A DNA stretch of 64,000 nt from positions 31,837,199 through 31,901,198 of the forward strand of contig NC_092674.1 of assembly GCF_964355755.1 (NCBI RefSeq). Reading direction: 5' to 3'. Numbering within the stretch: position 1 is the stretch's first letter; every line of letters starts with the position of its first letter. Made by a program: the position numbers and the translations under genes. Shown piece after piece: positions 12,901 to 26,494 of this stretch. Source of the DNA: Antedon mediterranea (Eukaryota; Animalia; Echinodermata). The notes beneath the pieces are model-generated. The model ran no database searches. It was not told where the DNA came from and was given only the letters and a program-made list of their open reading frames with translations.

Positions 12901-15900
12901 CTCAATGTGTAATCTTAAAACAATATACTAGTAAACACAATGTGTAATCTTAAAACAATATACTAGTAAACACAATGTGTAATCTTAGAACAATATACTA
13001 GTAAACACAATGTGTAATCTTAAAACACTATACTAGTAAACACAATGTGTAATCTTAACAGAACAACACTAATTCGATGTGAACATGCAATACATCAATT
13101 TAAACATTATAAACATAGTACACATTGAATAACAGCGTTGCCCTAACAACCAACAAACACCCATTTAATACTCAATATTAATAGAAAACGTGATGTATCC
13201 GTGAAAAGAATTGTTAATATTTCGCTTCAATATACGTTTCAACAAAACCGTGAGTTTGTTATTACAACAGCGTCTTTTGAAAAAAGGTAGCTATTTATTA
13301 TGTAAGCATAAACGACGGTCTTGAATGTTATTATATCATAATATTTTATGCGTTCGTAGTCATTAAAACACTGAATTGCACTTGTCTATTGTGCAGTACA
13401 TCTTGTTTTTGTAATTAATTAACTAATTTTGCTAAATTTTTGCTGAATATAAAGTAACATCAATAACCTCATTTATTAGTGTTCATTGTGTTGCGTATAC
13501 AGGTAAATGGCAATAATGGGCTTATTGTAACTAACGTACGTCGTTATCGTTTTTCATCAATAGTTTTTAGAAACCGCGATCCTGGATATCAATCTTAAGT
13601 TCCATAGTTGGAATTTTTGGCTCAGAAGATTATATTTTGGGTAAATTTTAACCAATATGAGAAGAAAAAAATACTAAAATGTTTTGTATTTAATTAATAC
13701 AACCCATAACAGTTTAAACACCATCAGCAACAACAAGGTGCAGCCGTACTTTTTGCACGCGTACGTCCTACCACATGGCGAGTTTTAACATGTTTCTAAA
13801 TACGCCATAGTGCCGGCCCATTATTATGTATTGATTCAAACCTGGTGCTATCAGTTATCTTGAATCTAACTCGTGCGACAAATGCGATGAGAAACATGAT
13901 ATTACAATAATTAAATTATTATACTGTTCAATGTTTAGAAGACTATCTAAATATGCCGCATACCATCGCCTAACAAATTTGAATGACAATGTTAAATGCA
14001 AGTGTTGTTTGTTAATGCGATTGAAACAATTCGAATTTAATATTCCTAGGTTTATTATAAAAAAGTGGATAAATATTACATATGCACAGTATGTCGGACG
14101 TGTTTCTCAAGTCAATAAATATCAACCTTAAACAAATTAGAATGTACACATATATATACAGTGCAGTAACGTCAATTTTTCTGAATGTTTTTTTTATTCT
14201 AAAAGTGTAATACAAATTCAAATTTAAATAAAACAGCCAAGATTCATTGTAGTATCAGTATTATCATCCATCATAATCCATTTCATACTGGTTTTATTAT
14301 TTAACAAATCCTCATTCATCATGTTTCAATGTACAAGGGCAGTGTAACAAAATACGTTAACAGGCGGCATGGTGTCACCTTATTGGATCAATATACTATC
14401 ATAAATATAGGAACGAGTAAATTATATAATAAGATAACAGGAACAACTGAAAGTTATCTTTAATTATTGATGTCCATTGGGCTTATAATAATTAATTTAC
14501 ATTGTTTGCAAACAATGTAAAGAAAGAGAATACTATTCTCTCATATTTTTACACTATAGTGCATAAATTTAAAAGGTCTTCTATGCATGGTCTGTTTTGT
14601 TTTTCAACTTCTGTTTTTGATGAAATGTATATATTTCATAGGCCTAATGTAAGTCTATAATGTTCAATTCAATCAAATTCAATTTATTTTCACAATACAC
14701 AAAAACATACAGGAAAATACATACAATAAAGTAATGTGGGGGAGGGTCATATAAAGTCAGAAAGACTTTAAGTTTGACCCACTCAACATGTAAAAGAGAC
14801 GTGGAACAAAATAATTTAAACATTAGGAACTTTTTGATTTACACGTCCACTTTCGACTAATACCCTATGACATCATTTTATGACGACTATCACGCTAACT
14901 GTCAAATGTCAGAACGTTTAAGTGGCATTTTCCGTTCGCCTCTCATTGAGTACGTAAGACACTGCAAAAAGTTTACCACAATCATGGCGGAGAATTATCT
15001 CGCGATTATTTTCTGGAATATAAGTAAACTGCGAATTATCAATTTTTGTTAGTATAAGATAGCAAAAACGTCAATGTTCAAATACTATTAATAGGCCACT
15101 TTTAAAATACTATAAAAATACTATCTCCAAACTTCGTGCACGTAATAGTGAAACAATAATAGGCTCCTCACTCACACACTCATTGACATTCAATAGGAAA
15201 TACTTGAATAGTGAAACAATATTAGGCTCCTCATTCACTCACTCATTGATATTCAATAGGAAATACTTGAATAGTGACCCTTGAATATTATCTATTTGAG
15301 TTTTAGTCACGCTATAGCGTTATAACAAACGCCAGTCTATGTTTTAGTAGAGCACAGAATCTATTTGAGTTATAGACATGCTATAGCGTTATATCAAACG
15401 CTAGTCTATGTTTCAGTAGAGCACCAGATCTATTTGAGTTTTAGACATGCTATAGCATTATAACAAACGCCAGTCTATGTTTCAGTAGAGCACCAGATCT
15501 ATTTGAGTTTTAGTCATGCTATAGCGTTTTAACAAACGCCAGTCTATGTTTCAGTAAAGCACCAGATCTATTTGAGTTGTAGTCATGCTATAGCGTTATA
15601 ACAAACGCTAGTCTATGTTTCAGTAAAGCACCAGATCTATTTGAGTTATAGTCATGCTATAGCGTTATAACAAACGCCAGTCTATGTTTCAGTAAAGCAC
15701 CAGATCTATTTGAGTTATAGTCATGCTATAGCGTTATAAACAAACGCCAGTCTATGTTTCAGTAAAGCACCAGATCTATTTGAGTTGTAGTCATGCTATA
15801 GCGTTATAACAAACGCTAGTCTATGTTTCAGTAAAGCACCAGATCTATTTGAGTTGTAGTCATGCTATAGCGTTATAACAAACGCTAGTCTATGTTTCAG

Positions 15901-17572
15901 TAAAGCACCAGATCTATTTGAGTTGTAGTCATGCTATAGCGTTATAACAAACGCCAGTCTATGTTTTAGTAGAGCACCAGATCTATTTGAGTTATAGTCA
16001 TGCTATAGCGTTATAACAAACGCCAGTCTATGTTTCAGTAAAGCACCAGATCTATTTGAGTTATAGTCATGTTATAGCGTTATAACAAACGCCAGTCTAT
16101 GTTTCAGTAAAGCACCAGATCTATTTGAGTTATAGTCATGCTATAGCGTTATAACACACGCTAGTCTATGTTTCAGTAAAGCACCAGATCTATTTGAGTT
16201 ATAGTCATGCTATAGCGTTATAAACAAACGCCAGTCTATATTTCAGTAAAGCACCAGATCTATTTGAGTTGTAGTCATGCTATAGCGTTATAACAAACGC
16301 CAGTCTATGTTTCAGTAGAGCACCAGATCTATTTGAGTTGTAGTCATGCTATAGCGTTATAACAAACGCCAGTCTATGTTTCAGTAGAGCACCAGATCTA
16401 TTTGAGTTGTAGTCATGCTATAGCGTTATAACACACGCCAGTCTATGTTTTAGTAAAGCACAGAATCTATTTGAGTTATGCGTAAGGGTTAGCGTTATCA
16501 TAAACAAAATGAGCAAACGCTATATACGCTACAGTCTGTTTTTGCAGTAAATCACCAGAGCCTTTAAAATGCATACCGAATTTTATTGGCAAGAGAATTA
16601 CTACCATTGTATACGGTTGCTATAGATACCTTTGTGCTTTAAAAATATAAGTAAACGATACAAATTATTGTGTAATTTATATTGTAAATATTGGTATAAT
16701 AATAATACAAATGCATTATAAACTAATAATCTTGATTAGTTTATAGAATGCTCGAAGCATTTATTCTACAAGTGCACTGTCATTGTTATCTTTATCTTCG
16801 ACCTAAAACCATAAACTTGGCCATTAGAAATAGAAAAGAAAAACTTCTCCAAAAGCAGAATCCCCATATCTTAATTAATACAAACTGGTTCACACAACAC
16901 ACGAACACACACACACACAACTGTATTCACTCTATATAAACTTAAATTAAACATTTAACAAAAAATAAAATAAATGTTAGCTTTGAATTGAATCAATCGA
17001 GTTGAATTTATAACCAACTGTATTTTCTCTGTTTTAACATGATGTTATATAAAATGACATTTTATTCAGAAAAAAGTTAAAAAATTAATTTTAGCCAATT
17101 ACATGACTAATAATCACTTTGCAAGTTATTGACTTGGTAATTAGAGTGATTATTTTCTTTAAAAGTAATGTTCTACAATATTTGATAGTGGTGGAACTTT
17201 TAGCACATGTCGGTGATGAATAATTAATAACTGTACTATTGTTGTGTAATTAATGGATGATTGATTAGTGAAAGTAATTAATTATACACAATAACCATAT
17301 AGAACGCCGGTGTATTGTAAAGGCCAATTTAGTTAGACAGACGAGCGGTAACGGTAAGCGGAAAACTTCGTAGCTTGACCACGTAAGAATCTGACCTATC
17401 CTTAGCGGAAACCACCAGTCCGCTCCGATTTGTGTGTAAATGGTAATTCGTGTCCGAAATAGAGCGTTAGCTGTCAAGAAGATTTCTGTCATAAGTATTT
17501 TTGTACCTCAATATATGCAATAGTTACAATGTCTTGGCATGACAATTGATATAATGTTGAAGGGGAACGTGA

Positions 17573-17612
<40 letters not shown>

Positions 17613-20600
17613 TTTCGCGTTTCATGGTTAGGGTTAGGGTTAGCCGGGCCGCGATTTTTTTTTTCGTACATAAGTTGGGGACCCCCTCATGAAACGTCAC
17701 AAAATAAACATGAATAATTCATCAGTTAAATTTTCTTGTTCCGTGTGCACCCAAGCGTATAGCAACAAGAAGTGATTACACAAGTGCGGTAAAGCCTGAT
17801 TTCCATTAAAATCGCTACAGCGTTTCCATTAAAATCGCTACACGCGCAGATGTCGCCGACACAATCGGGAAGGCTCGCCGATTCATCGCAGTCAAATCGG
17901 CAAAGTTCAACCATGTTCAACTTTGCCGATTTTGTCGGCGATGAATCGTATACGCGTACTAGATCCCCGATAAACTCTAGCGTTTCCATAGAATCGCTAC
18001 GCTCTGTCATGTAGCGATTTTAACCAGGCTTAAGATTCTAGGCCTATCTCCGCTGTTGTTGCGGCGTGCGATTTCATAGAAGAATAGCGGCGTTTTGTGT
18101 GGATTGTCGAAAATCAGCCTTTAGTTTATGGTGTTTTTAATATAATTTATTACTAAAGAATTACGTGTTAAAATTATAGTTTCTATTAATACTATAGGCC
18201 TAATTATTAGTCTCTAAACCCATGTCTAGTAGCTGTGTGGGTGTGTGTGTGTGTGACGTGTGTGTGTTAGGTATGACACAATCCGAGTAATAAGTCAGCA
18301 AAATTAAACATTAAACATTACACAAAAATACATTTTTTATTCTCGTGGGTCTAATCTTCCCATCTCATGTGTTCATATACGCGCATTTTTAAAGTTCCTT
18401 TGAGTACATGCATATTGTTGATAATAAAATAGCAGAATTAAAAAAATACAGTACACAAATTATACACATTCTTTATTCTTGTGGGTCTAAGTTTTCTTTG
18501 GGCTATGTCCAATGAATTACTACTTAGTTTAATGTCTTGCCTAGCTGTCGATTAGCCTCGACTCGACACATTTTGTGTGAAGAATAGTGCGCGAAGGCAA
18601 TCACGTGAATTGACTTAGAATCCTAGGCCTACTGTAGAAAGAATCGTATCGCAGTTGTTTGTGTAATCACTTCTTGTTGCTATACACTTGGGTGCACACG
18701 GAACAACAAATTTAACTGATGAATTATTCATGTGTATTTTTGTGACGTTTCATGAGGGGTCCCCAACTTATGTACGAAAAAAAAAATCGCAGCCGGGCCG
18801 GCCGATAATATCATAAATTGACCATATTACTTTTCTTCACATCTACAACACTTTCAATATTAATGTTCAAATTAATTGCAGGTTAGATATTACCAGGGGC
18901 CAAAATACTGTGTCTCTTTCTCAACCTTTTTCGGTTTGCTTTTAATATGTCTAGTTCGTCTATCTATGGCCTATAGAGAACATTACGTAACATGATGTGT
19001 ATGCCTCATAATGTACTCAGTATTATGCATGACTTTGTATTGCTGTTTAACTTTGTTAAGTGAAAATTAAGTAGCATTCAGATGAATATAAGTGGGTTTT
19101 CAGAGTAGATTTAATTACTTATAGATGAACGGCCACGTGTAAAGGTTTACTATACTGATGTGTTGAAATAGTGTTTTATTGCCAAATAGTATTTCATCGC
19201 CATAAAGTACTTAGCCAAAATCTTTATAGACCAACAATGTACCTGTATGTGACCTAATTGTAATTTTATAATGCATGGAATTGTGCAAGGAATTAAAACT
19301 GTTTGTTTATTTATTTTACAATTTGTTGTTTAATTTGTTTCATTCGGACTTTGTGTTTTACTTGTGTCATTACCACAAGTAGGGCTCGATCTGTACAGAA
19401 TCTGTCGGCAATTGGAAGGTGCTGTATCTTTTACCGATACTCGATTCAAGTAAGTTCCCACCGGGTAACACTCTTGTGCAATTGATCTCTTCACAAACAA
19501 GACAGAAATTACAACACAGTTATACGACACAATACGTATTATTAAGATAAATCTGAATAAATAAATAAATAGGTTATGATATCATAACTTTATTTTATTT
19601 CAAAATCATTACATTAGTTTAGAATGCAGAATCAGAGTTTTTAGGCTAATTAATAATCCTTTTAGACTATTTAAGTGATTTATACTATTTAAGTGATTTA
19701 TATGAAATGGTTGTTAGTTACTGTATATCTATCCTCCTCAAGAGGATCACATTTTGGCGTTCATTATATTTATTATGATCGTTCTAACAACATGCTAGGA
19801 ATTACAATGTTGACTTGCTCTTCAATATCAGCACAATTATCGTCTTTATTAGGCTAAGATTAGCTGTTAGAAACAATTAATTAGTGCCTGGTGGTAAACG
19901 ATGTGCTGTATTACAGACAGTGTCCATTAATAACAGAGACACAACGTAATGCTCATTATTAAATATATTAGTACTTGACAACAACGGGTTAATTATTGGT
20001 ATCCTGATAAGTTACAATTAGTATTTATTCATCAATTTCTTAAACTTAGTGTTATATTCACCGTGTTTTTGTTCGAATATCACATGCATTCACATTATTT
20101 TTTTTTACAATTCGTATTCATTATTCAGGTTACATAAATAACATAGGCTATTAATGGGCGTATCATAATAACACACCAAAGTATTATTGATTGGTTAATC
20201 TGTACAACTTAGTTTAAATAAAATTATTTTCTGTGCGATGGGACTAGAAAACTTACCAATACTATTTTGAACGTAGAATGAGAGCCGATGACATCCGATT
20301 AATTAAGTAGGGCCTATGTAGGCCCTATAGAGAATCGTTGAATCATTCAACTAATATATTTTGACTATTGTTGGACGGGAAAGTGTTTGAGGAGGCACTG
20401 GTTTATAATAAATTACTGTCCGCTAAACTGGCCTACCATGAGTGGGGTAACTTTATTACGGTAATTAAAATCATGACTTATTACGTCTTATGATTAAACT
20501 CATTAGATTATTGTGTGTCTTCTACATTTATTAGGACGTGTATGACGTATAGTTGGCGATAAAATTAGTTAGTTTGTAACATTTTATCTATTAAATAATC

Positions 20601-21633
20601 GGAAAGAGAACGAATTTTAAACTGCCCGGTGATAATCGGTCCATCAAAGTTATTTAAGCAATACCGTATATAGAACGATATTAGCGAGTCAAATTGCCAG
20701 AAGCGATTAAACAGTGGTCGAGGGGCGCGTTTACCGTACCTAAATAACCGGCAAAAGCACTGGTCGAGGGGCGCCGTTTACCGTACCTAAATAGCCAGTC
20801 GAATTGCCAGAAGCGGTTAAAGCACTGGTCGAGGGGCGCGCCGTTTACCGTACCTGAATAGCCGGCAAAAGCACTGGTCGAGGGGCGCCGTTTACCGTAC
20901 CTAAATAGCCGATTCAAATTGCCAGAAGCGGTTAAAGCACTGGTCGAGGGGCGCCGTTTACCGTACCTAAATAGCCGGCAAAAGCACTGGTCGAGGGGCG
21001 CAGATTAACGTACTTAAATAGCCGGCAATATGGGCATGGGTTCGAGACCGACCCGCTTCTCCTTTTTCTGATGGTGAAACAAGTCTTTTCGTCTACGGAT
21101 ATAAACCGATGTCCAGTGTTACACAGTGTACTCGACAGTGTGCACTTTAAGAACCCAGTTCATCTTTCGATCAACACAAACGATAATTTACTCTTACAAT
21201 CCTTGGCCACATGTGCATAAAGACATACAAAATAAGATGAGGAAATCTGTGAGAATGAGAGAAGCCGCCCCAACCAAAATTCCAACTCAGAACCTTCTGT
21301 AGTATGCACATGTCTTTAACCATTTTATAATATTGAAAAGCAGAAACACTAAAACCAATGCAGCCAAGACCACGCAGAATAAATGTCATATTTAACCAGA
21401 GCGACCTTGACCTAGACTCTTCGTCCAGTCAACATTAATAATTTGGTGTATCAAAAACGTTTGACAAATCAAGCGCTAAATCTAACTATTACTAATCTCG
21501 ATAAAAATAATATTTGTGAAAAGTAGCCAACTTACCTCCGAAATCTGGTCTCAGCCTAATGTCGTAGCCCTTCATTAGATGTGTAATGTTAACGATTTTG
21601 CGACCATTGCCAACATCTACCGTACTGAGCGCA
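3009..21633 (-). CDS. GABRB-like: GABA-A receptor beta-like subunit, partial; complement(join(3009..3229,9053..9120,21536..21633)); downstream exons lie left of the window
   Basis: The spliced peptide ...[14 protein letters not shown]|[23 protein letters not shown]|[17 protein letters not shown]...[39 protein letters not shown] closely resembles vertebrate GABA-A beta. Exon lengths of 68 and 221 nt are canonical for beta genes; GT-AG introns with matching phases. Confidence 0.92.
4375..4681. mobile_element. Kolobok-like MITE (TTAA TSD)
   Basis: Degenerate TIR of the AGATGTATTGTCCC family with TTAA on both sides; inverted homolog of 52474-52819. Confidence 0.7.
5196..8778. mobile_element. Academ-like DNA transposon relic (about 3.6 kb)
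   Basis: Termini TAGTGTAGGC...GCCTACACTA, imperfect TIRs of about 120 bp, 3-bp TSD TAA on both sides, and repeated subterminal AAAATGGCGGCC motifs. Frameshifted coding-like remnants on + at about 7700-8100 ([18 protein letters not shown]). The superfamily is inferred from TAG..CTA termini and the 3-bp TSD. Confidence 0.6.
9053..9120 (-). CDS. GABRB-like: beta-like subunit exon 3 (68 nt; [23 protein letters not shown])
   Basis: tttacag acceptor, ATG|GTAATA donor, IASI..SEVNM motif. Confidence 0.93.
9811..9910 (-). mobile_element. 3' fragment of the tRNA-headed repeat family (same as 51455-51537), abutting (TA)n
   Basis: Near-identical reverse complement of the sequence downstream of the tRNA-like element; flanked by TA runs. 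Confidence 0.65.
9911..9976. repeat. (TA)n microsatellite
   Basis: About 33 perfect TA units. Confidence 0.95.
11078..11630. mobile_element. Kolobok-like MITE (TTAA TSD)
   Basis: Perfect 16-bp TIR AGATGTATTGTCCCTT with TTAA on both sides; RR...YY termini with TTAA are the Kolobok signature. Confidence 0.8.
12216..12366. repeat. 3-copy local duplication containing a short interstitial telomeric tract
   Basis: CTTACAATATATGCTGTAATATAATACCA x3, with AGGGTTA-CCTAACCCTAACCCTAACCCT between copies 1 and 2. Confidence 0.85.
12848..13058. repeat. 35-bp tandem repeat, ~6 copies
   Basis: AACAATATACTAGTAAACACAATGTGTAATCTTAA units. Confidence 0.9.
15290..16479. repeat. 69-bp tandem repeat, ~17 copies
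   Basis: ATCTATTTGAGTT.TAGTCATGCTATAGCGTTATAACAAACGCCAGTCTATGTTTCAGTAAAGCACCAG units. Confidence 0.95.
17643..18798. mobile_element. MITE / non-autonomous DNA transposon with TIRs of at least 140 bp
   Basis: 17643-17783 is a near-identical reverse complement of 18659-18798; TSD unclear. Confidence 0.8.
17793..18030. mobile_element. PIF/Harbinger-like MITE nested in the left TIR of the 17643 element
   Basis: Termini AGCCTG...CAGGCT, TAA TSD on both sides, AAAATCGCTACA/TGTAGCGATTTT inverted motif; host TIR similarity resumes after it. Confidence 0.7.
20683..21172 (+). mobile_element. Deu/Nin-like SINE with tandemly reiterated 5' head
   Basis: Three ~113-bp dimers of the box A-like head, box B GGGTTCGAGACC at about 21038, then TATAAACCG..GTCCAGTGT..GTGCACTTTAAGAACCCAG..CATCTTTCGA shared with the 51885-53838 SINE. 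Confidence 0.65.
21536..21633 (-). CDS. GABRB-like: beta-like subunit exon 2 ([32 protein letters not shown])
   Basis: ttctccacag acceptor, GAG|GTAAGT donor, [13 protein letters not shown] motif; the 5' boundary is slightly less certain. Confidence 0.9.
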
Positions 21634-24268
21634 CTGTGGAGAATATCATTCGCAAAATAAATGTTGTTTCACGAAAATACTAAAACAGTTAACTGTAGCA
21701 TTAAAAATGTAATATTAGGCCACATTCATAAATTATGTTACCTAGTTTGTAATATATGAGCGCTCAATGTATATATAAACATCATATGATTCGCTAACCA
21801 CATTATCTGTACAGAATAACCTCCGAAGGTTGATCTGTTGTTGGCTAGTGTGCTCCAACGGCACAAACTAACCTCTTTACTTGAAAGCATCAATACTCTA
21901 TATTCTGCGTCTGCGCAATAGCAATTAAGCTTCTCCCTAAATTGAATTACGCGATAGAATACACGCATTGTTGTGCCTCCTTAAAGCCTTGGTAGTCAGC
22001 TGATCCGTACAGTCTGACCTGATAATATTGATCTGCTCTCCGCCTTCGGTGATGTAATGATTGTCGTTGAAACACAAAAAAAGCGACTCTACAGTAGGCT
22101 AATACAAAACACATTATATAGGCCTGAATTAATATTAGGATAAGTGTTTTAGTGTTAAATTTAATTTTAAGGCCGCAGTAAAACATATTTACTAATGTTA
22201 TTTGTATAGGCCGTGTTTCCGCAGCAACACAAATTATCGGTTAATTTTTTAAGATAATTAGTAAAAATCAGTTAATCCCCGTTTCCACGGGAGTTATAAT
22301 TAATTTATTCAGCAATATAAATATTAACATTGTTACAGTGATCTTACATGTGATATTGTCTGTAGCCATAAGACCCTTTGTGAAAAAACATTATCACAAA
22401 GAAAAAAACATGAAATAAGGTTCTAAATGTACAAGTAAAAAAAATAAGTAAAAGTATACATCATATAATTGTTATCGGTTTATCGGCCTTAGAGTACATG
22501 GGTGTATTGTACAATCTAAATGGAGGGTGACAGTAAAGGTAAGCCGCTAAGAAAACAGCTTTAGTATTCAATGAACGTACATTATTCAAAGATAAATTTT
22601 CAATTCCAAATTATGTGGTTTTTCCAAGCTAACGAGAGCTAAGTAAACATGTATTTTATTTTATTATTCTTTTGAAGTAATTAAAAACAGAGAATTTAAC
22701 AATGAAAAATAATATTTTAAAAACAACAGGTGATACTAAAAATTATTTGTTAACCAAGTGCTGTCATGTGTTTTTGGAAAGCGCAATAATTTAAATCGAT
22801 ACCGTGCCGCGCAGCTGACAATTGTACTTTTATTGAGCATAGTATGTTGTCAAAAAGTAACGTGACGTGGGTTAAAGATAACTGTAAAAACTGTAGTTGA
22901 GTAGATAATTCAAAATCAGAAAACCTAAATCTACCAAAACCAATAATTTGAATATATTGGCATACAAGAGCGTTCTTGAGTGGTATGTGCGCTATAAAAA
23001 TCCTGTTATTATTATTTTGACTGAACACCGGGCACAACACTTGTAGATCGCAGTATCGATCTGATGAAGTATACTTTTCACAAGATCACCGCCGTAAGAG
23101 CAATTGCTTATTTATTATGACGCCGTACTTTACAGATTAATATTGTCGACGAAAGGTTTCTCTTATAATTAATAACTTGTAAGAACTGTAAGGTAATATG
23201 TGTAGTACAAAGTGGTATTGATCTTAGAAGTGTTGATCGATATGTATTGTGACTTATTTTGACAAATATATACTGTGCATCGATTATCACAAAGTGAAAA
23301 ATATCGATTCAGTAACCCTGTTATACAAAAATGGTTACAAGTTTAGATATTGACACAAATAATAAGACTTAAGTATCGTATAGATCATGAGGACTTTACT
23401 AAGTAATATAGTGGAAATAGCTTAATTCCTACCATCTCTGAACCGCATAATGTTATGTATTGTAGTATTGTATCAGACTGGATTTGGACACTGATCGCCA
23501 TGGTATTGAGCGTATTGCCATAAATTTTGCCATGGTTGGTAAATCTATAGCTTCAGTTATGACGTCAGTTAATCAATTGTATACAGAATACGCATGTCCA
23601 TGTTTTACACGCACAACACGAATGTTTCGCATTTATAAGTGCGCGTTTATTCAATAGTTAATATACTAGATTTCAAAACGTGTGAAATTAACAATTTATA
23701 TACTTTTTACAGTCATATTGTGTGCCATTAAATCAATTTGTGTCTAATTTGCGTATTTACAAGACAAATGACTTACAATTGTAATTACACTGATTCTTGT
23801 ATAGGCCTACATGTTATACGTTGATAAAATCATCAACAATCATTTTTATTCCTATGGTAGATCGTGTCCGCTTTTATTGTTAATTTTATTCTTAGTTTTT
23901 TGGTTCAGAAAACTTTACTTCCTTAGGTACTATGATAGTTCTTTTGATTTCTGTAGGAAAACGTATTTATTAAATTTAACATTTCGCTGTCGTAAACGGC
24001 TTTTGACTGTGGTTGTGTGTTTGTGTTTACATCTTGCTGGTATTCCAGAATTATTGCTTTGAGAACTGTTCATCCAATGTAAATTTGTTAACAATTCATA
24101 TACAAGAAATGTTTTAAAATACAATTAAAATATTTTCCGTTTCTAATTTATCTTTTGAGTGTTATACTAAACCTGTTCTTCATTTTGTATGTGGTATAGT
24201 GTGCGTTTTGAGTGATTTTTTTTATTCTTTTATATTATAATACGAAATCCCCTGCACTGACTGCCATG

Positions 24269-24886
24269 TACGGTGGCCCACAACTGTCACGCACACTATA
24301 TAAATTATATTCACACAATTAAAGAAGTAATCACAAAATTAAAGAAGAAATCACACAATTAAAGAAGGAATCGCATATAAACAAAAGAAAGCATGAAAAT
24401 ATAAAACGAAATGCACAAATAAAGAAGAAACGCGCAATTAAAGAAGAGCTAAGCACAATTAATTCGAAAGCAAAAAGAGCCGAACGTAATGGTAAAAGAG
24501 CCGAATAGAATTAAAGTTTGCTGCCGGAAGCAGCGATGGCGTTCCATACGGACTACGGTAGGCTACTGTACTTTAATTATGTGAGGAGCTTTCGAATTTG
24601 TTGCGGACTTCTTTAATTGTGCGAGGAGCTTTCGAATTTGTTGCGGACTTCTTTAATTGTGCGAGGAGCTTTCGAATTTGTTGCGGACTTCTTTAATTGT
24701 GCTTAGCTCTTCTTTAATTGCGCGTTTCTTCTTTATTTGTGCATTTCGTTTTATATTTTCATGCTTTCTTTTGTTTATATGCGATTCCTTCTTTAATTGT
24801 GTGATTTCTTCTTTAATTGTGTGATTCCTTCTTTAATTGTGTGAATATGATTTATATAGTGTGCGTGACAGTTGTGGGCCACCGTA
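24269..24886. mobile_element. foldback MITE with ~195-bp near-perfect TIRs (TACGGTGGCC...GGCCACCGTA)
   Basis: 24269-24462 mirrors 24693-24886; internal ACAATTAAAGAAG subrepeats and a 3x40-bp tandem at 24571-24690. Confidence 0.85.
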
Positions 24887-26356
24887 GGGCCATGATCCTT
24901 CCCTCTGGTTTTTGCAAGTGGTGTGTTTAAAATTGGTTTTTGGATGATGATTTTTTTTCTCCGCGGGAGCTATCTTGTCCTAAATTGACGATTGTGTCAT
25001 AACTCATGCCTAAGACCATTTTTTCCGGTATGCAAGCTGTATAATATAGTGAAAGTCCGGTACATCTACAAATATAAAACGATTGTAGAATTCAAACAGT
25101 TTCCAATCCCAGTTGCATCTTTTGTCAATATATCCAATTATACCATCATTATTTAAACTCACAATGTCAAGTACGTGGTTAACACTTGAAGAAGCAAACG
25201 ATGATGGAATTTAGATTAAAATTCAATGTTCATTCGTTGCTGACCATTTAATACACAACTTTATGCGGCTTCAGTTTCATTATGCTTTTCAATGCGCTGT
25301 TAACACACTATTTACAGTGTAATACTGCATGTAAAATTAGAAATGTACATATAATAATAATAATACATAAAAGATGAAAGTAATGTAAATATTATAATAT
25401 TTTTTTATGACATCCTACTCATTTGATTTATAAAAATACGAGTTTATAGGCCTAATACTATAATATTTAAGAGAATTTGATAAAAAAAATATATCTTGTG
25501 TATTTTTTTAATGTACAGTATGTACCACTCCCTGGTGGAGTCTAAGGCTTGTGGAACATCATGATCTTCTTATCTGTTTCACAGTCAATATTTAATAAAA
25601 CTTTAACCAAACTTTTACTACTATAACATGTTCCGTAGTATAACAACGACTGAATAACGGATATGTAGAAAATAATTACGACATCTGCTTAGATATGGGA
25701 TCCGTTGGTTTATTCTCAAAACGTATATTGTATACTGCTCTATGCTAAAATATTAATACGCTCAGTCAAAATGGCTAAGCGCCACCGCCGCCTCAATAAA
25801 ATAGTAATTCGAACTGAATTTGAAAACGTATACTGTTTGTGTAATGTTATGCAACGTAGTGTGTTGCATAATATTTTAAGTGATAATATTGTTGAACCTT
25901 TATCCTGTCATAGTCAACAAACTATGCTATGATAAAGAAAATATCAAAATAAATTGTGCTGAAATAGTGGAGCCAAGACCTTGATGTATAATATTATCAT
26001 GTTATGGTTGTATTTTTATAAGCTAATCGATATACGCTGTTTGTTTGAATAACATTGAAATTAAGCTACGTTCTCTAAAACGTTAGTTTCAAAATGACTC
26101 GGGCTGCCACCCCTCCCGTGATTACATTATTTGAAATAAATCTACGTTTTTCAACGTCCAAAGGATCCACCATTTGGAAATACATTATACAAAATTTAAT
26201 CCGTAACAACATAACTAGCTAGCAGGACAAAACGACGAGGAGATTTCTGTTAAAATTTAATTGTCGAGCACATTATTCCCCAAAAATCTAAAGTTATAAA
26301 CGTATAGTAGTAATTGGTATAATTGAAATAAAACACGAGTAGGTTTGAAATGAATC

Positions 26357-26494
26357 CACTCTTGTCTTAACTAAACAATGAACGGGCACCATCTTATAAT
26401 GACACTCTTGTCTTAACTAAACAATGAACGGGCACCATCTTATAATGACACTCTTGTCTTAACTAAACAATGAACGGGCACCATCTTATAATGA
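26357..26494. repeat. 46-bp tandem repeat x3
   Basis: CACTCTTGTCTTAACTAAACAATGAACGGGCACCATCTTATAATGA, perfect copies. Confidence 0.9.

Noticed and set aside
20681-20917. Minus-strand ORF with repeated LFRYGKRR, resembling an RYamide neuropeptide precursor
   Set aside because: It is the antisense reading of the tandemly amplified SINE head; there is no signal peptide and the frame shifts between repeat units
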